Counted from the stretch's first letter, positions 9,186 to 18,155 are shown. The stretch is DNA of 64,000 nucleotides from Chloroflexota bacterium (GCA_037440365.1 JBBIUF010000006.1:10134-74133), one strand, 5' to 3'. A program made the numbers and translations. The notes: a model not told the origin generated them from the sequence alone.

Positions 9186-10583
9186 ATGAAACGAAACACA
9201 ATTATTATTGGTGCTGTCGTCATTGTGATTGTCATTGCCCTCGTGATCTTTGGCGTAAATCAATTCACCGCCAGCGCGGCGACAACGGTCCGCGTGCAAA
9301 CCGCGACTGTCACGCGCGGCAACATCGTCGCTACAGTGAGCGCGGCTGGCAATGTCAGCGCGCCCGATGATGCCGTTATGGCATTTCAACAATCCGGGCG
9401 CGTCGCCAAAGTCAACGTCCAGGTCGGCGACTTGGTGAAAAAAGATCAGGTGCTGATGGAACTCGATACCACGGACTTGGACCTCGCCCTCAAAACCGCC
9501 AAATCGAACCTAGCAAGCCAGCAAGCCAATTTTGATGCGTCGAAAGCCAATCTCCAATTTGCGCTTCGCACGGCGCAATCAAACCTCGCCAATTCGCAAG
9601 CCGCCTTAGATGCCGCCAAAGCCAAAACGGCGCAAAACCCCAATCAGTTAATTGTTTCCAAGGTTGCGCTGGACAAGGCAAGCATCGCTCTGCAAACAGC
9701 GCAAGCCAATTACAACACCGTCGCATGGCGGCCCGATGTTGGAATGACGACGCAAGCACAAGCCTTGCAAAGCGCGACCATTGATTACAATTCCGCACTC
9801 GCCAACTATAACATCACTGTCAGCAGTCTCAACGATACTAGTGCGTTAAAATCCGCGCAAACCCAGGTGGATCGAGATCAAGTGTCGCTGGAACAAGCGC
9901 AGAAAAACCTAGATACCTCCGCGCGCACCGCGCAAGCCCAGCTCGATTCCGCCCAAGTGGCACTTGATCAAGCCCAGCGCAATTTGGATAAAGCGCGCAT
10001 CACCGCACCCTTTGATGGCGTGGTCGCCGCCGTGAATTATAGCGTGGGCGATACAGCCTCCGGCACCGCGGTCACTATCGTGGACATGAAGAACCTGCAA
10101 ATCAAAGTTACGATTGCCGAAGTGGATGTCGCGAAAATTGCCGCTGGGCAAACCGCGCAGTTGACCATGGACGCACTGACCGGTAAAACCTATAACGCCA
10201 AAGTCCTTTCGATCGGACCGGTCGCCACCGTCACCCAGGGTGTCGTCAACTATCCCGTAACCCTGGCTGTCACCGATGCGGACAGCGCAGTGAAACCTGG
10301 TATGACGGCGAATGTTGCGATCGCCGTTGAACAACGCAACAATGTCCTGCTCGTCCCTATTCGCGCCGTTCGAACGCAAGGCACCAATAAAACCGTGAGT
10401 GTGCAATACAAGGGGCAAACGATTGCCGCGCCCGTCATCACCGGTTTGTCCAATGACACGAACATTGAAATCACCAACGGCTTGAATGAAGGCGATCAAG
10501 TCGTCCTCACTCAAACGACGACACGGCAAACTGGCGGCGGCGGCGGCTTTTTATTTGGCGGTGGTGGACCAGGAGGACGTTAA
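9186..10583 (+). CDS. Efflux transporter periplasmic adaptor (HlyD/MacA family)
   Basis: 465 aa with an N-terminal TM helix and a biotinyl/lipoyl-like [16 protein letters not shown] long coiled-coil region has repeated LxxAQxNL segments. It also has a beta-barrel domain and a Gly-rich tail. Confidence 0.85.
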   Translation: MKRNTIIIGAVVIVIVIALVIFGVNQFTASAATTVRVQTATVTRGNIVATVSAAGNVSAPDDAVMAFQQSGRVAKVNVQVGDLVKKDQVLMELDTTDLDLALKTAKSNLASQQANFDASKANLQFALRTAQSNLANSQAALDAAKAKTAQNPNQLIVSKVALDKASIALQTAQANYNTVAWRPDVGMTTQAQALQSATIDYNSALANYNITVSSLNDTSALKSAQTQVDRDQVSLEQAQKNLDTSARTAQAQLDSAQVALDQAQRNLDKARITAPFDGVVAAVNYSVGDTASGTAVTIVDMKNLQIKVTIAEVDVAKIAAGQTAQLTMDALTGKTYNAKVLSIGPVATVTQGVVNYPVTLAVTDADSAVKPGMTANVAIAVEQRNNVLLVPIRAVRTQGTNKTVSVQYKGQTIAAPVITGLSNDTNIEITNGLNEGDQVVLTQTTTRQTGGGGGFLFGGGGPGGR

Positions 10584-11254
10584 TGTCTGCTGTGATCGAA
10601 ATCAAAGACATCAAGAAAATTTATAAAATGGGCGAAGTGGAAGTGCCAGCCCTGAATGGCGTTTCCTTGAACGTGGAATTGGGCGAGATGGTTGCAATTA
10701 CAGGGCCATCGGGTTCAGGCAAGTCAACGCTGATGAACATTATCGGCTGTCTGGATACGCCTACCAGCGGCTCGTACGTTTTGGATAGCGTGGACGTTTC
10801 CAAACTTAGCGATGACGAGCAAGCGGTCATCCGCAACCGCAAAATTGGTTTCGTGTTTCAACAATTCAATTTGCTCCCGCGCACCACAGCATTGGATCAA
10901 GTGGAATTGCCGATGGTTTATGCGGGCGCGCCGGATCGCAAACAACGCGCCATTGATTCGCTGACGGCGGTGGGCTTGGGCGATCGGTTGCACCATCGCC
11001 CGAACGAATTGTCCGGCGGTCAGCAACAACGCGTGGCGATTGCGCGCTCGCTCGTCAACAACCCCAGCATCATTCTCGCCGACGAACCAACGGGTAACCT
11101 GGATTCAAAATCAGGTAAAGAAATCATGGACATCTTTCATCACCTGAATAAAGACAAGGGCTTGACGATTGTATTGGTCACCCACGATCCAACCGTCGCC
11201 GCGCAGGCGCAACGCACAATTCGCATGCGTGACGGCGTGGTCGTGGAAAGTTGA
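10583..11254 (+). CDS. ABC transporter ATP-binding protein (MacB/LolD type)
   Basis: 223 aa with Walker [10 protein letters not shown], the signature [13 protein letters not shown] and Walker B ILADEPT. Its start overlaps the adaptor gene stop. Confidence 0.92.
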   Translation: MSAVIEIKDIKKIYKMGEVEVPALNGVSLNVELGEMVAITGPSGSGKSTLMNIIGCLDTPTSGSYVLDSVDVSKLSDDEQAVIRNRKIGFVFQQFNLLPRTTALDQVELPMVYAGAPDRKQRAIDSLTAVGLGDRLHHRPNELSGGQQQRVAIARSLVNNPSIILADEPTGNLDSKSGKEIMDIFHHLNKDKGLTIVLVTHDPTVAAQAQRTIRMRDGVVVES

Positions 11255-11261
11255 GGTTTGA

Positions 11262-12494
11262 ATGAATTTCATGCAAAGCGTGCGCGTGGCTCTGCGGAGC
11301 CTGACGGCGAATAAATTGCGTTCTGGGTTGACGATGCTCGGCATCATCATCGGCGTCATGGCGGTAATCTCGATGCTGTCCATTGGACGCGGTGCGCAAT
11401 CTGCGATTACAGCCCAGATCAACGCGATTGGCACCAACTTGTTGTTTATTCGCCCTGGCGGAACGCAACAAAACGGCGTGCGTCAGCAAGAAAGCCAAGC
11501 CACCTTGACGCTGGCGGATGCAGATGCGCTTGCCAATGTCAGCAATGTCGTTGCCGTCGCGCCCGAAGTAGACGGCTTTGGCCAAGTGGCCTATCTCGGC
11601 AATAACGCGGTCGGCCGCATCATCGGCGTCACGCCGGATTATCAGAACACACTGAACGCCAATATTGCAGATGGCGAGTTTGTCAACGCGACCCAAGTCA
11701 CGGGACGCTCAGCCGTCGTAGTGCTAGGCGCGCAAATTGCCACCACCTTGTTCGATACCGCGAGCCCCGTCGGACAATCAATTCGCATCAACGGACAAAC
11801 GTTTCGGGTGATCGGCGTGATGGAAGCCAAAGGCGGAACCGGGTTTAACAACACCGATACGCAAATTTATGTGCCGATTACGACCGCCGCAAGCCGCTTG
11901 ATCGGCAATGCACGGTTTCGCGGTGGCGACGTAGTTTCGACCATTAACGTCAAGATTACAGATACCAGCGTGCAAGATGGTGTGATTCAAGATATTAGCC
12001 AGATTTTGCGCGAGCGACATCATACGCCATTGCAAGATGATTTTACGGTGCAAAGCCAGCAGGATATTTTGAATACCGCAAACCAGGTCACGGGCATTCT
12101 TACAATCTTTCTTGGCGGCGTGGCGGGCGTTTCCTTGCTCGTCGGCGGCATTGGCATTATGAACATTATGCTCGTGTCCGTCACCGAACGTACGCGCGAA
12201 ATCGGTATTCGTAAAGCCGTTGGCGCGCGCAAACGCGACATCCTCACCCAGTTTCTGACCGAAGCGACGATCCTGAGTTTGTCCGGAGGGGTCATCGGCA
12301 TTCTGCTTGGCGCGCTGATCGCGCGCCTGATCTCCGGGGTCAACTTTGGGAGCGGCACACTCAACACGGTGGTTGATCTTGATTCGATTCTACTCGCGGT
12401 GGTCTTTTCTCTCGGCGTTGGGTTGTTCTTCGGCAGTTACCCGGCAAGCCGCGCGGCAGGCTTGCATCCAATTGATGCATTGCGCTACGAGTAA
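11262..12494 (+). CDS. ABC transporter permease, MacB/FtsX family
   Basis: 410 aa with an N-terminal TM helix, a large extracytoplasmic domain and a C-terminal FtsX-type 3-TM bundle (TEATILSLSGGVIGILLG...). Confidence 0.88.
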   Translation: MNFMQSVRVALRSLTANKLRSGLTMLGIIIGVMAVISMLSIGRGAQSAITAQINAIGTNLLFIRPGGTQQNGVRQQESQATLTLADADALANVSNVVAVAPEVDGFGQVAYLGNNAVGRIIGVTPDYQNTLNANIADGEFVNATQVTGRSAVVVLGAQIATTLFDTASPVGQSIRINGQTFRVIGVMEAKGGTGFNNTDTQIYVPITTAASRLIGNARFRGGDVVSTINVKITDTSVQDGVIQDISQILRERHHTPLQDDFTVQSQQDILNTANQVTGILTIFLGGVAGVSLLVGGIGIMNIMLVSVTERTREIGIRKAVGARKRDILTQFLTEATILSLSGGVIGILLGALIARLISGVNFGSGTLNTVVDLDSILLAVVFSLGVGLFFGSYPASRAAGLHPIDALRYE

Positions 12495-12555
12495 CAACGG
12501 AAATCCAAAGGCAGACGGATTCATCCTGGTCGCGCTCCGTCTACCTTGTTGACCC

Positions 12556-13140
12556 ATGCGAAAAATCGTTTGGGTCAGCGGTTGGGTTTGCGTCAGTCTC
12601 CTGGTCCTGGCTTTCGGTAGCGTAGGTGTTTCGCTCGCTCTCGAAAACCAGGATACCTTTTGTGCGGTGTGCCACACCGAGCCGGAAAGCCAGTATGTCA
12701 ATCAAGCCGCACAAGCAACCGCGACAACGCTCGCCGCGTTTCACTCGTCCAAGCACATTGCGTGCATTGATTGTCACAGCGGCAGTGGCACGTTCGGACG
12801 CTTGGAAGGATTAACTCAAGGATTTAACGATCTCGCCATGTTCTTGTCCGGCAATTATCACAAGCCCGCCATCACGACTAGTCCGTTAAATGATGCGGCT
12901 TGTGGCAAGTGCCACGCGGATGTCGTCAATCCCAAAAACACTCGCGGCAACAATGGGTCGAACGGACACTATCATCTCTACTTGCCCCAATGGCAAGCGA
13001 GCGATCCAAAAGCGGCACATTGTGCCACCTGTCACACCGCACATACTAGCGGGCTAGCGAGTTTACAATTCATGGCACAAGGCAAAGTAGGTCAACTGTG
13101 CGAAGCTTGCCACACTGCATTGAGCGGCCGAGTTCAATGA
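12556..13140 (+). CDS. Membrane-anchored pentaheme c-type cytochrome (NapC/NirT/NrfH-like), paralog 1
   Basis: 194 aa with an N-terminal TM helix. It has five CxxCH motifs: CAVCH, CIDCH, CGKCH, CATCH and CEACH. Confidence 0.85.
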   Translation: MRKIVWVSGWVCVSLLVLAFGSVGVSLALENQDTFCAVCHTEPESQYVNQAAQATATTLAAFHSSKHIACIDCHSGSGTFGRLEGLTQGFNDLAMFLSGNYHKPAITTSPLNDAACGKCHADVVNPKNTRGNNGSNGHYHLYLPQWQASDPKAAHCATCHTAHTSGLASLQFMAQGKVGQLCEACHTALSGRVQ

Positions 13141-13174
13141 CAGATATAACCATCATCGTATACAGGAGATTGAA

Positions 13175-13759
13175 ATGCGAAAGCGCTTGCCCATCGTCAT
13201 ACTTGTGGCTGTGGTCGTGGTCGTGATCCTCGCCATTAGCGGGATCGGAGTTTCGCTCGCGTTGGAAAATCAAGACTCGTTTTGCGCTTCGTGTCACACC
13301 GAACCCGAAGTCACGTACTGGACTCAATCAACCCAAGCGAATGCACCGACCCTCGCGGCATTTCATACCGGGAAAAAGACTGCGTGCATTGATTGCCATA
13401 GCGGCGGCGGAATTTTTGGGCGGGCTAAAGGATTACAGCAAGGCGCAGTGGATCAGTTAGCATACTGGGGCGGTCATTATCAAGTTCCCGCGGTAACGAC
13501 CAATCCGCTTGGCGATGACTCGTGCACCAAGTGTCATGCTGTAACGAACTTGGTTGTTCAGCGCGGTACCCCGCGTCAAACCAACGGTCACTATCACCAA
13601 TTTTTACCGCGCTGGCAAGCGGCAGACCCAAATGCCGCGCATTGTATCACGTGCCACTCGGCGCATCAACCGAGCAATGCGCAAACCAAATTTATCAATC
13701 AAGCTCAGGTCAATCAAGTATGTAACGCCTGTCACCGCGCACTCGGCGGCGGCGATTAA
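13175..13759 (+). CDS. Membrane-anchored pentaheme c-type cytochrome (NapC/NirT/NrfH-like), paralog 2
   Basis: 194 aa with an N-terminal TM helix. It has five CxxCH motifs (CASCH, CIDCH, CTKCH, CITCH, CNACH) at positions equivalent to paralog 1. The two share blocks such as SLALENQD-FCA-CHTEPE, TLAAFH, ACIDCHSG and NGHYH. Confidence 0.85.
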   Translation: MRKRLPIVILVAVVVVVILAISGIGVSLALENQDSFCASCHTEPEVTYWTQSTQANAPTLAAFHTGKKTACIDCHSGGGIFGRAKGLQQGAVDQLAYWGGHYQVPAVTTNPLGDDSCTKCHAVTNLVVQRGTPRQTNGHYHQFLPRWQAADPNAAHCITCHSAHQPSNAQTKFINQAQVNQVCNACHRALGGGD

Positions 13760-13787
13760 ATAATTTCATTCCAAACAAGAGGGGCTT

Positions 13788-15179
13788 ATGAAAAACTTTA
13801 AACTGGTCGCCTTGGTCTTGCTCGGTTTGCTTGCCATGTTCATCGTGCCGTCCATATTGGCGGGCGCGCCAACCGGCGCGGGACCGAACGATCCACTGAT
13901 GGTTACAGGCACGCCGCAAACGATCGCGCCTAAATCGTCCTTGTGGTTCTATTTTGATTACACCGGCGACAAATCCAAGATTCAAGCCGCGCTGGACGCC
14001 AACGGCGCGAGCGGTATGCAAATGGCAATCTTTACACCACCGCAAGCGCAAGCCTGGCTGTCCGATCAAACCACCGCGCCCATCGCGCTCGGATCGCAAC
14101 CTGGCGCGGCAACAAATATGGCAATCCATGATTTGTACTGGCAAGGTGGCTTTAACTTTCCCGGACGCTTTTTTGTCGTCATCACGAACAGTAATTCCAA
14201 CGCGGTTACATTTCGCTTGAGCGTGACCGGTGACAACGTTGCACTCGCGCCAACACCCACAGCCACACCGCCAATGGCAAATCCCTTCGCCACGCCGATC
14301 CCGACCGCGCAGATTACAGGCACGCTTGTGTTTCAAGATGCCAGCGGCGGTGTTATTTATACCGTCCAAGGCGATGGCACCAATCTCAAGCGCGTCACCA
14401 CCGGACTCGATCCAGCGTTTTCGCCGGACGGCAAACAAATTGCGTTTACGCGTTGGGCGCAACCCGCTGGCGTCTACACCATTAACGCCGATGGCACGAA
14501 CGAACAAACCTTGCTCAACATCGAGCAACCCCTTTCGCCGCAATGGAGTCCCGACGGCAAGCGCATCGTGTTCACCCGTCCTGCCGGTGGACCACAAGGC
14601 GGCGCGCCATTCTGCTTTCGCGGTTTCTGTTTCAGCCCCATGCCCGATCCGCACTGGAAACTCGGCGTAATCGATCTCGGCACAAATGCACTCACGCAAC
14701 CCGAATGTTCGAACCATTGCTTTGCGCCAACCTGGTTCAACGATAATCACACCATCGCGTATGCCGATGGACAATTTGGCGTGCAAGTTGCCGATACGAA
14801 CGGCGGTCCCGCCTGGCCGCTCTATACTCAAAATGTCAGCGTCCAATCAACGCAAGTGAGTCCCGATGGAACCAAGATCGTGTTCATGGTGCGCCAGAAC
14901 GATCATTGGGAAATCAATGTCATGAATGCCGACGGAAGTAATGTCGCGCAAGTGACCCGCGCCGATCCGCTATCGTTTGTGTCAGTCAACAACGTCGCGC
15001 CAACCTGGTCGCCTGACAGCAAGCAAATTCTGTTCCTTTCGGATCGCGGCGGCAAGTGGGAATTTTTCACTGTCAACCCAGAAGGGAGCAATCTCCGCCA
15101 AGTGTTGAAAAGCGTGACTGACAAGACGCCCATTCGCTACAATTTTTCGAACGAACGCGTGATTGACTGGATCAAGTAA
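13788..15179 (+). CDS. Secreted TolB-like beta-propeller (PD40/WD40-like repeat) protein with an N-terminal beta-sandwich domain
   Basis: 463 aa with a signal peptide. It has repeated FSPDGKQIAFTR, WSPDGKRIVFTR, VSPDGTKIVFMV and WSPDSKQILFLSDR motifs. A Pro/Thr linker separates the two domains. Confidence 0.8.
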   Translation: MKNFKLVALVLLGLLAMFIVPSILAGAPTGAGPNDPLMVTGTPQTIAPKSSLWFYFDYTGDKSKIQAALDANGASGMQMAIFTPPQAQAWLSDQTTAPIALGSQPGAATNMAIHDLYWQGGFNFPGRFFVVITNSNSNAVTFRLSVTGDNVALAPTPTATPPMANPFATPIPTAQITGTLVFQDASGGVIYTVQGDGTNLKRVTTGLDPAFSPDGKQIAFTRWAQPAGVYTINADGTNEQTLLNIEQPLSPQWSPDGKRIVFTRPAGGPQGGAPFCFRGFCFSPMPDPHWKLGVIDLGTNALTQPECSNHCFAPTWFNDNHTIAYADGQFGVQVADTNGGPAWPLYTQNVSVQSTQVSPDGTKIVFMVRQNDHWEINVMNADGSNVAQVTRADPLSFVSVNNVAPTWSPDSKQILFLSDRGGKWEFFTVNPEGSNLRQVLKSVTDKTPIRYNFSNERVIDWIK

Positions 15180-15298
15180 CAACCGATTTCAGGTCACCCA
15201 ACCAGACATACGCAACTCGCCCAATCTTGATCATTGATACCATCCCATGGGCAAGCGACCCTTGATCACACGTGACCTGAAACGGTATCGGAGCGAGC

Positions 15299-15502
15299 GT
15301 GTTCAAACGGTTGCGTGAAATTGTCGTGCAAAGCGCGTTCGCCGCGCTGATCGCCTGGTTGTTGATCATTGCGCCAATATCAGCCATCGCGCCGCAAACA
15401 TGGTTTGCCTTCGTCCAAGTCCCAATCGTAATTTTTGGGTTGGTTTGCTATATCGGCAAGTTGCTCATTGATACGCTGTTTTACGATCACTATAAACTTT
15501 AA
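15299..15502 (+). CDS. Small two-TM membrane protein (hypothetical)
   Basis: 67-aa ORF with a GTG start preceded by GGAG. It has two hydrophobic helices and ends 9 nt before the next gene. Confidence 0.35.
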   Translation: MFKRLREIVVQSAFAALIAWLLIIAPISAIAPQTWFAFVQVPIVIFGLVCYIGKLLIDTLFYDHYKL

Positions 15503-15511
15503 GAGGATAAA

Positions 15512-15958
15512 ATGAAAAACGCAATCTTGGCAATCATCGTCATCATCCTGCTTGCCGCCGCTGGCGGTGGCGGATACTACGTGGGTCGCTCGGCGGGCTT
15601 GACCGAAGCAACCAACGTTCGCACCGAATTCTTCGGTCAACGCGCCGGCAATCCGAATGGCGCGCAAGCCAACGGCACACCCGATGCCACCCAAGCCGGA
15701 CGTGGCGGCGGGCAATTTGTCCAAGGGGGCGGTCGCCCCACAGCAAGCGGAAGCGTAAAAAGCGTGCAGGGGAACACCATCACCGTCACACAACAAGACG
15801 GCACAACTGTGAATGTCACCGTAGACGACAAAACCACAATTCAAAAAACCGTCAACGGCGCAATTGCCGACATCCAACCTGGCACGCGCATCACAGTCGT
15901 CGAAGTCACGGCGAACGGCGCAACCACACGCCGCATTCAGTTGACGCCGGGACAATAA
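15512..15958 (+). CDS. Secreted or anchored protein with a DUF5666-like C-terminal beta domain (hypothetical)
   Basis: 148 aa with an N-terminal TM or signal sequence and a Gly/Asn/Gln-rich linker. The C-terminus reads GSVKSVQGNTITVTQQDGTTVNVTVDDKTTIQK...IQPGTRITVV. Confidence 0.6.
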   Translation: MKNAILAIIVIILLAAAGGGGYYVGRSAGLTEATNVRTEFFGQRAGNPNGAQANGTPDATQAGRGGGQFVQGGGRPTASGSVKSVQGNTITVTQQDGTTVNVTVDDKTTIQKTVNGAIADIQPGTRITVVEVTANGATTRRIQLTPGQ

Positions 15959-16023
15959 CTCGCAATCGGCGAGCGCACAAAGCGTTACCGTCACCGTCGC
16001 GCTCTTGGCAGGTCCAATCATTC

Positions 16024-16060
16024 AACGAGACCGTTTCCAAATGGAAGCGGTCTCGTTTTG
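16024..16060 (+). terminator. Rho-independent terminator ending the exporter-cytochrome block
   Basis: AACGAGACCGTTTCC (16024-16038) pairs with GGAAGCGGTCTCGTT (16043-16057). This is a 15-bp stem with one G-U pair and a 4-nt loop, followed by TTTTG. Confidence 0.8.
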
Positions 16061-16100
16061 TGCAATGATCCCAAATAACTCGAAAATGAACCAGAAATTC

Positions 16101-16129
16101 TTGACACTAGACATTATCTCTGCTATACT
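16101..16129 (+). promoter_or_regulatory. Near-consensus sigma70-type promoter
   Basis: TTGACA (16101-16106), a 17-nt spacer, then TATACT (16124-16129). Confidence 0.6.
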
Positions 16130-16154
16130 CTTCGCGCAATCGTACACCAGAGAA

Positions 16155-16191
16155 GGTGATCGCTGTGCAAAGCGATCACCCTTGTTTTTTT
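16155..16191 (+). terminator. Promoter-proximal intrinsic terminator (leader attenuator candidate)
   Basis: GGTGATCGCT (16155-16164) pairs with AGCGATCACC (16171-16180), followed by CTTGTTTTTTT. It lies about 20-55 nt downstream of the predicted start site and 44 nt upstream of the SBP start codon. Confidence 0.6.
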
Positions 16192-16234
16192 CGTGTATGA
16201 TCAGACGCTCATTTTTTCCTGGAGGAGGAGAAGA

Positions 16235-17221
16235 ATGAAACGACTGCTCGTTTTGGGTGTGTTGACTTTGGTCGCCATCGCGTTCGCCGCGTGCGCGCCT
16301 GCCGCAACCCCCACGCCAACGCAAGCGCCAGCACCCACCTCGGCTCCTGCGCCGACAAGTGCGCCAGCCGCGCAACCAACCGCCGCACCTAAACCCACCG
16401 TTGCGCCAACCGCCGTCCCACCCACTGCCGCACCCGCCGCAACCGTTGCGCCAACTGCGGCTCCCGCCGCCTCTGCGTTGCCTGATCTGAAAGGACGCGC
16501 GATCAAGGTTGGCAGTGACACCACGTATCCCCCATTTGAATCCATCAATGACAAGAAAGAAATCGTCGGCTTTGACGTTGATCTCGTCAATGCCATCTGC
16601 AAAAAAGTGAATTGCAAACCAACCTTCTTCACCGCCGATTTCGATGGGTTGCTGATCGCCGTCAACAACAAAACGTATGACATGTCGGCGTCCGGTTGGA
16701 CGATCACGGACGAACGCGCCAAGACCGTGGATTTCTCCCTGCCCTACATGCCGAACAGCAACGTCTTGCTCGTGCGCTCGGACGAAACCCGCATCAAATC
16801 TTCCGCCGACTTGAAAACTCCGACGATCATCGTCGCGGTGCAACTAGGCACCACCAATTCCATCACCGCCAAGAAATTGGTGGCGGATGCGAACAAGCAA
16901 GTCAAGGAATTCCAAGATTTCCCCGCCGCCGTGCAAGCCGTGCTGAACAAGCAAGCCGACGCGGTCGTGATTGACGCCTTTGCCGCATCAGATCTGCTCG
17001 ATCAAAACAAGGGCAAGATCAAATTGACCGGCGATCAATTCGGCGACGAAACGCTCGGCATGGTTTTCCGCAAAGGCGACAAGGAACTGCTAGATGCGTT
17101 TAACGCTGGCTTGAAAGCGAGTTTCCAAGACGGTACCTGGAGCAAGCTCTGCTCGCAATGGTGGAATGGCATAGAGCCAAAACCAGACTGCACCGGTAAA
17201 GGTCTCCCACTCGGCAAATAA
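16235..17221 (+). CDS. Polar amino acid ABC transporter substrate-binding lipoprotein (SBP family 3)
   Basis: Start chosen at MKRLLVLGV, after the GGAGGAGGAG RBS. It has a lipobox-like AFAAC and a long Pro/Ala/Thr tether. The body reads IKVGSDTTYPPFESINDKKEIVGFDVDLVNAIC... Confidence 0.88.
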   Translation: MKRLLVLGVLTLVAIAFAACAPAATPTPTQAPAPTSAPAPTSAPAAQPTAAPKPTVAPTAVPPTAAPAATVAPTAAPAASALPDLKGRAIKVGSDTTYPPFESINDKKEIVGFDVDLVNAICKKVNCKPTFFTADFDGLLIAVNNKTYDMSASGWTITDERAKTVDFSLPYMPNSNVLLVRSDETRIKSSADLKTPTIIVAVQLGTTNSITAKKLVADANKQVKEFQDFPAAVQAVLNKQADAVVIDAFAASDLLDQNKGKIKLTGDQFGDETLGMVFRKGDKELLDAFNAGLKASFQDGTWSKLCSQWWNGIEPKPDCTGKGLPLGK

Positions 17222-17249
17222 CTAGAACGTTCACCACGCACGCTATAGC

Positions 17250-17295
17250 GCGCAGGTCGCGCAATCACAATGTGCGACCTGCGCGTAATTTTTTT
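17250..17295 (+). terminator. Intra-operon hairpin plus T-run directly after the SBP gene
   Basis: GCGCAGGTCGC (17250-17260) pairs with GCGACCTGCGC (17274-17284), followed by GTAATTTTTTT. Confidence 0.65.
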
Positions 17296-17324
17296 CACCC
17301 TCGAACATTGACGCAAGGATTTCA

Positions 17325-18155
17325 ATGCCTGAACCAGACTTACCTGGAGCAAAACCAAAATCGGTTAGTCCTGAACCCACAACAGGACATGCGATTCCCC
17401 TCCCGGGGCTGGATCGCGTGCCGTGGTGGGCGGCGATCATGCTCATCGGCGCGCTTGTTGCGATCGTCGTGGTTTTTTCGAGTGCCGATTACACCAGTAT
17501 TATCACGTTACTCAGTAGCGGCATTGCCCTCACCCTGTATGTCACCTTTGTCGCTTATTTTTTTGCGCTCATTCTTGGTTTGATCGCGGGGTTGATGCGG
17601 GTTTCCCGCAATGAAATTCTTTACACCATCAGCACACTCTACGTCGAAATTGTCCGCGGTATACCTCTGCTCGTCCAAATTTTGTATTTTTTCTATGTCA
17701 TTGCTCCATTCTTTGCCAATCTCGTCCCCGAGCCCTTCGATCAATTATTTCGCAGTGAAGTCAACGAAGGCATCCTTGCCCTCGCCATCGGATATGGCGC
17801 ATACCTCGCCGAGGTCTATCGCGCGGGCATTGAAGCGATTCCGCGCGGACAGATGGAAGCGGCACGTTCACTTGGCCTGAGTTATGTGCAAGCCATGCGC
17901 CACGTCGTTTTGCCACAAGCATTACGCATCATCTTGCCGCCACTGGGCAATGATTTCGTTTCGATGCTGAAAGACTCGGCGCTCACCTCTGCGATCAGCG
18001 TCAAAGAATTGACACTGTGGACGCGCCAACGGAGCGCCAATACCTTTCGCCCGCTCGAACATTGGACGATTGCCGCATTGTTGTATCTCACCATGACGAT
18101 GGGACTATCGTTATTTGTTCGCTATCTTGAACGCAGGTTTGCAATTCCAAAATGA
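17325..18155 (+). CDS. Amino acid ABC transporter permease (His/Glu/Gln/Arg/opine family)
   Basis: 276 aa with the EAA-loop region EAARSLGLSYVQAMRHVVLPQALRIILPPLGN. Confidence 0.9.
   Translation: MPEPDLPGAKPKSVSPEPTTGHAIPLPGLDRVPWWAAIMLIGALVAIVVVFSSADYTSIITLLSSGIALTLYVTFVAYFFALILGLIAGLMRVSRNEILYTISTLYVEIVRGIPLLVQILYFFYVIAPFFANLVPEPFDQLFRSEVNEGILALAIGYGAYLAEVYRAGIEAIPRGQMEAARSLGLSYVQAMRHVVLPQALRIILPPLGNDFVSMLKDSALTSAISVKELTLWTRQRSANTFRPLEHWTIAALLYLTMTMGLSLFVRYLERRFAIPK

Noticed and set aside
13710-14846. 378-aa minus-strand ORF, the longest unexplained ORF in the track.
   Set aside because: It lies entirely antisense to the well-supported TolB-like propeller gene. Its sequence is Arg/Gly/Cys-rich and low-complexity, with no motif. 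It is a typical shadow ORF of GC-rich DNA.
15380-16843. Minus-strand ORFs of 213 aa (15380..16021) and 273 aa (16022..16843).
   Set aside because: They are antisense to the DUF5666-like gene, the terminator/promoter region and the SBP gene. They consist of Gly/Arg/Cys/Trp low-complexity sequence derived from the Pro/Ala/Thr tether on the sense strand.
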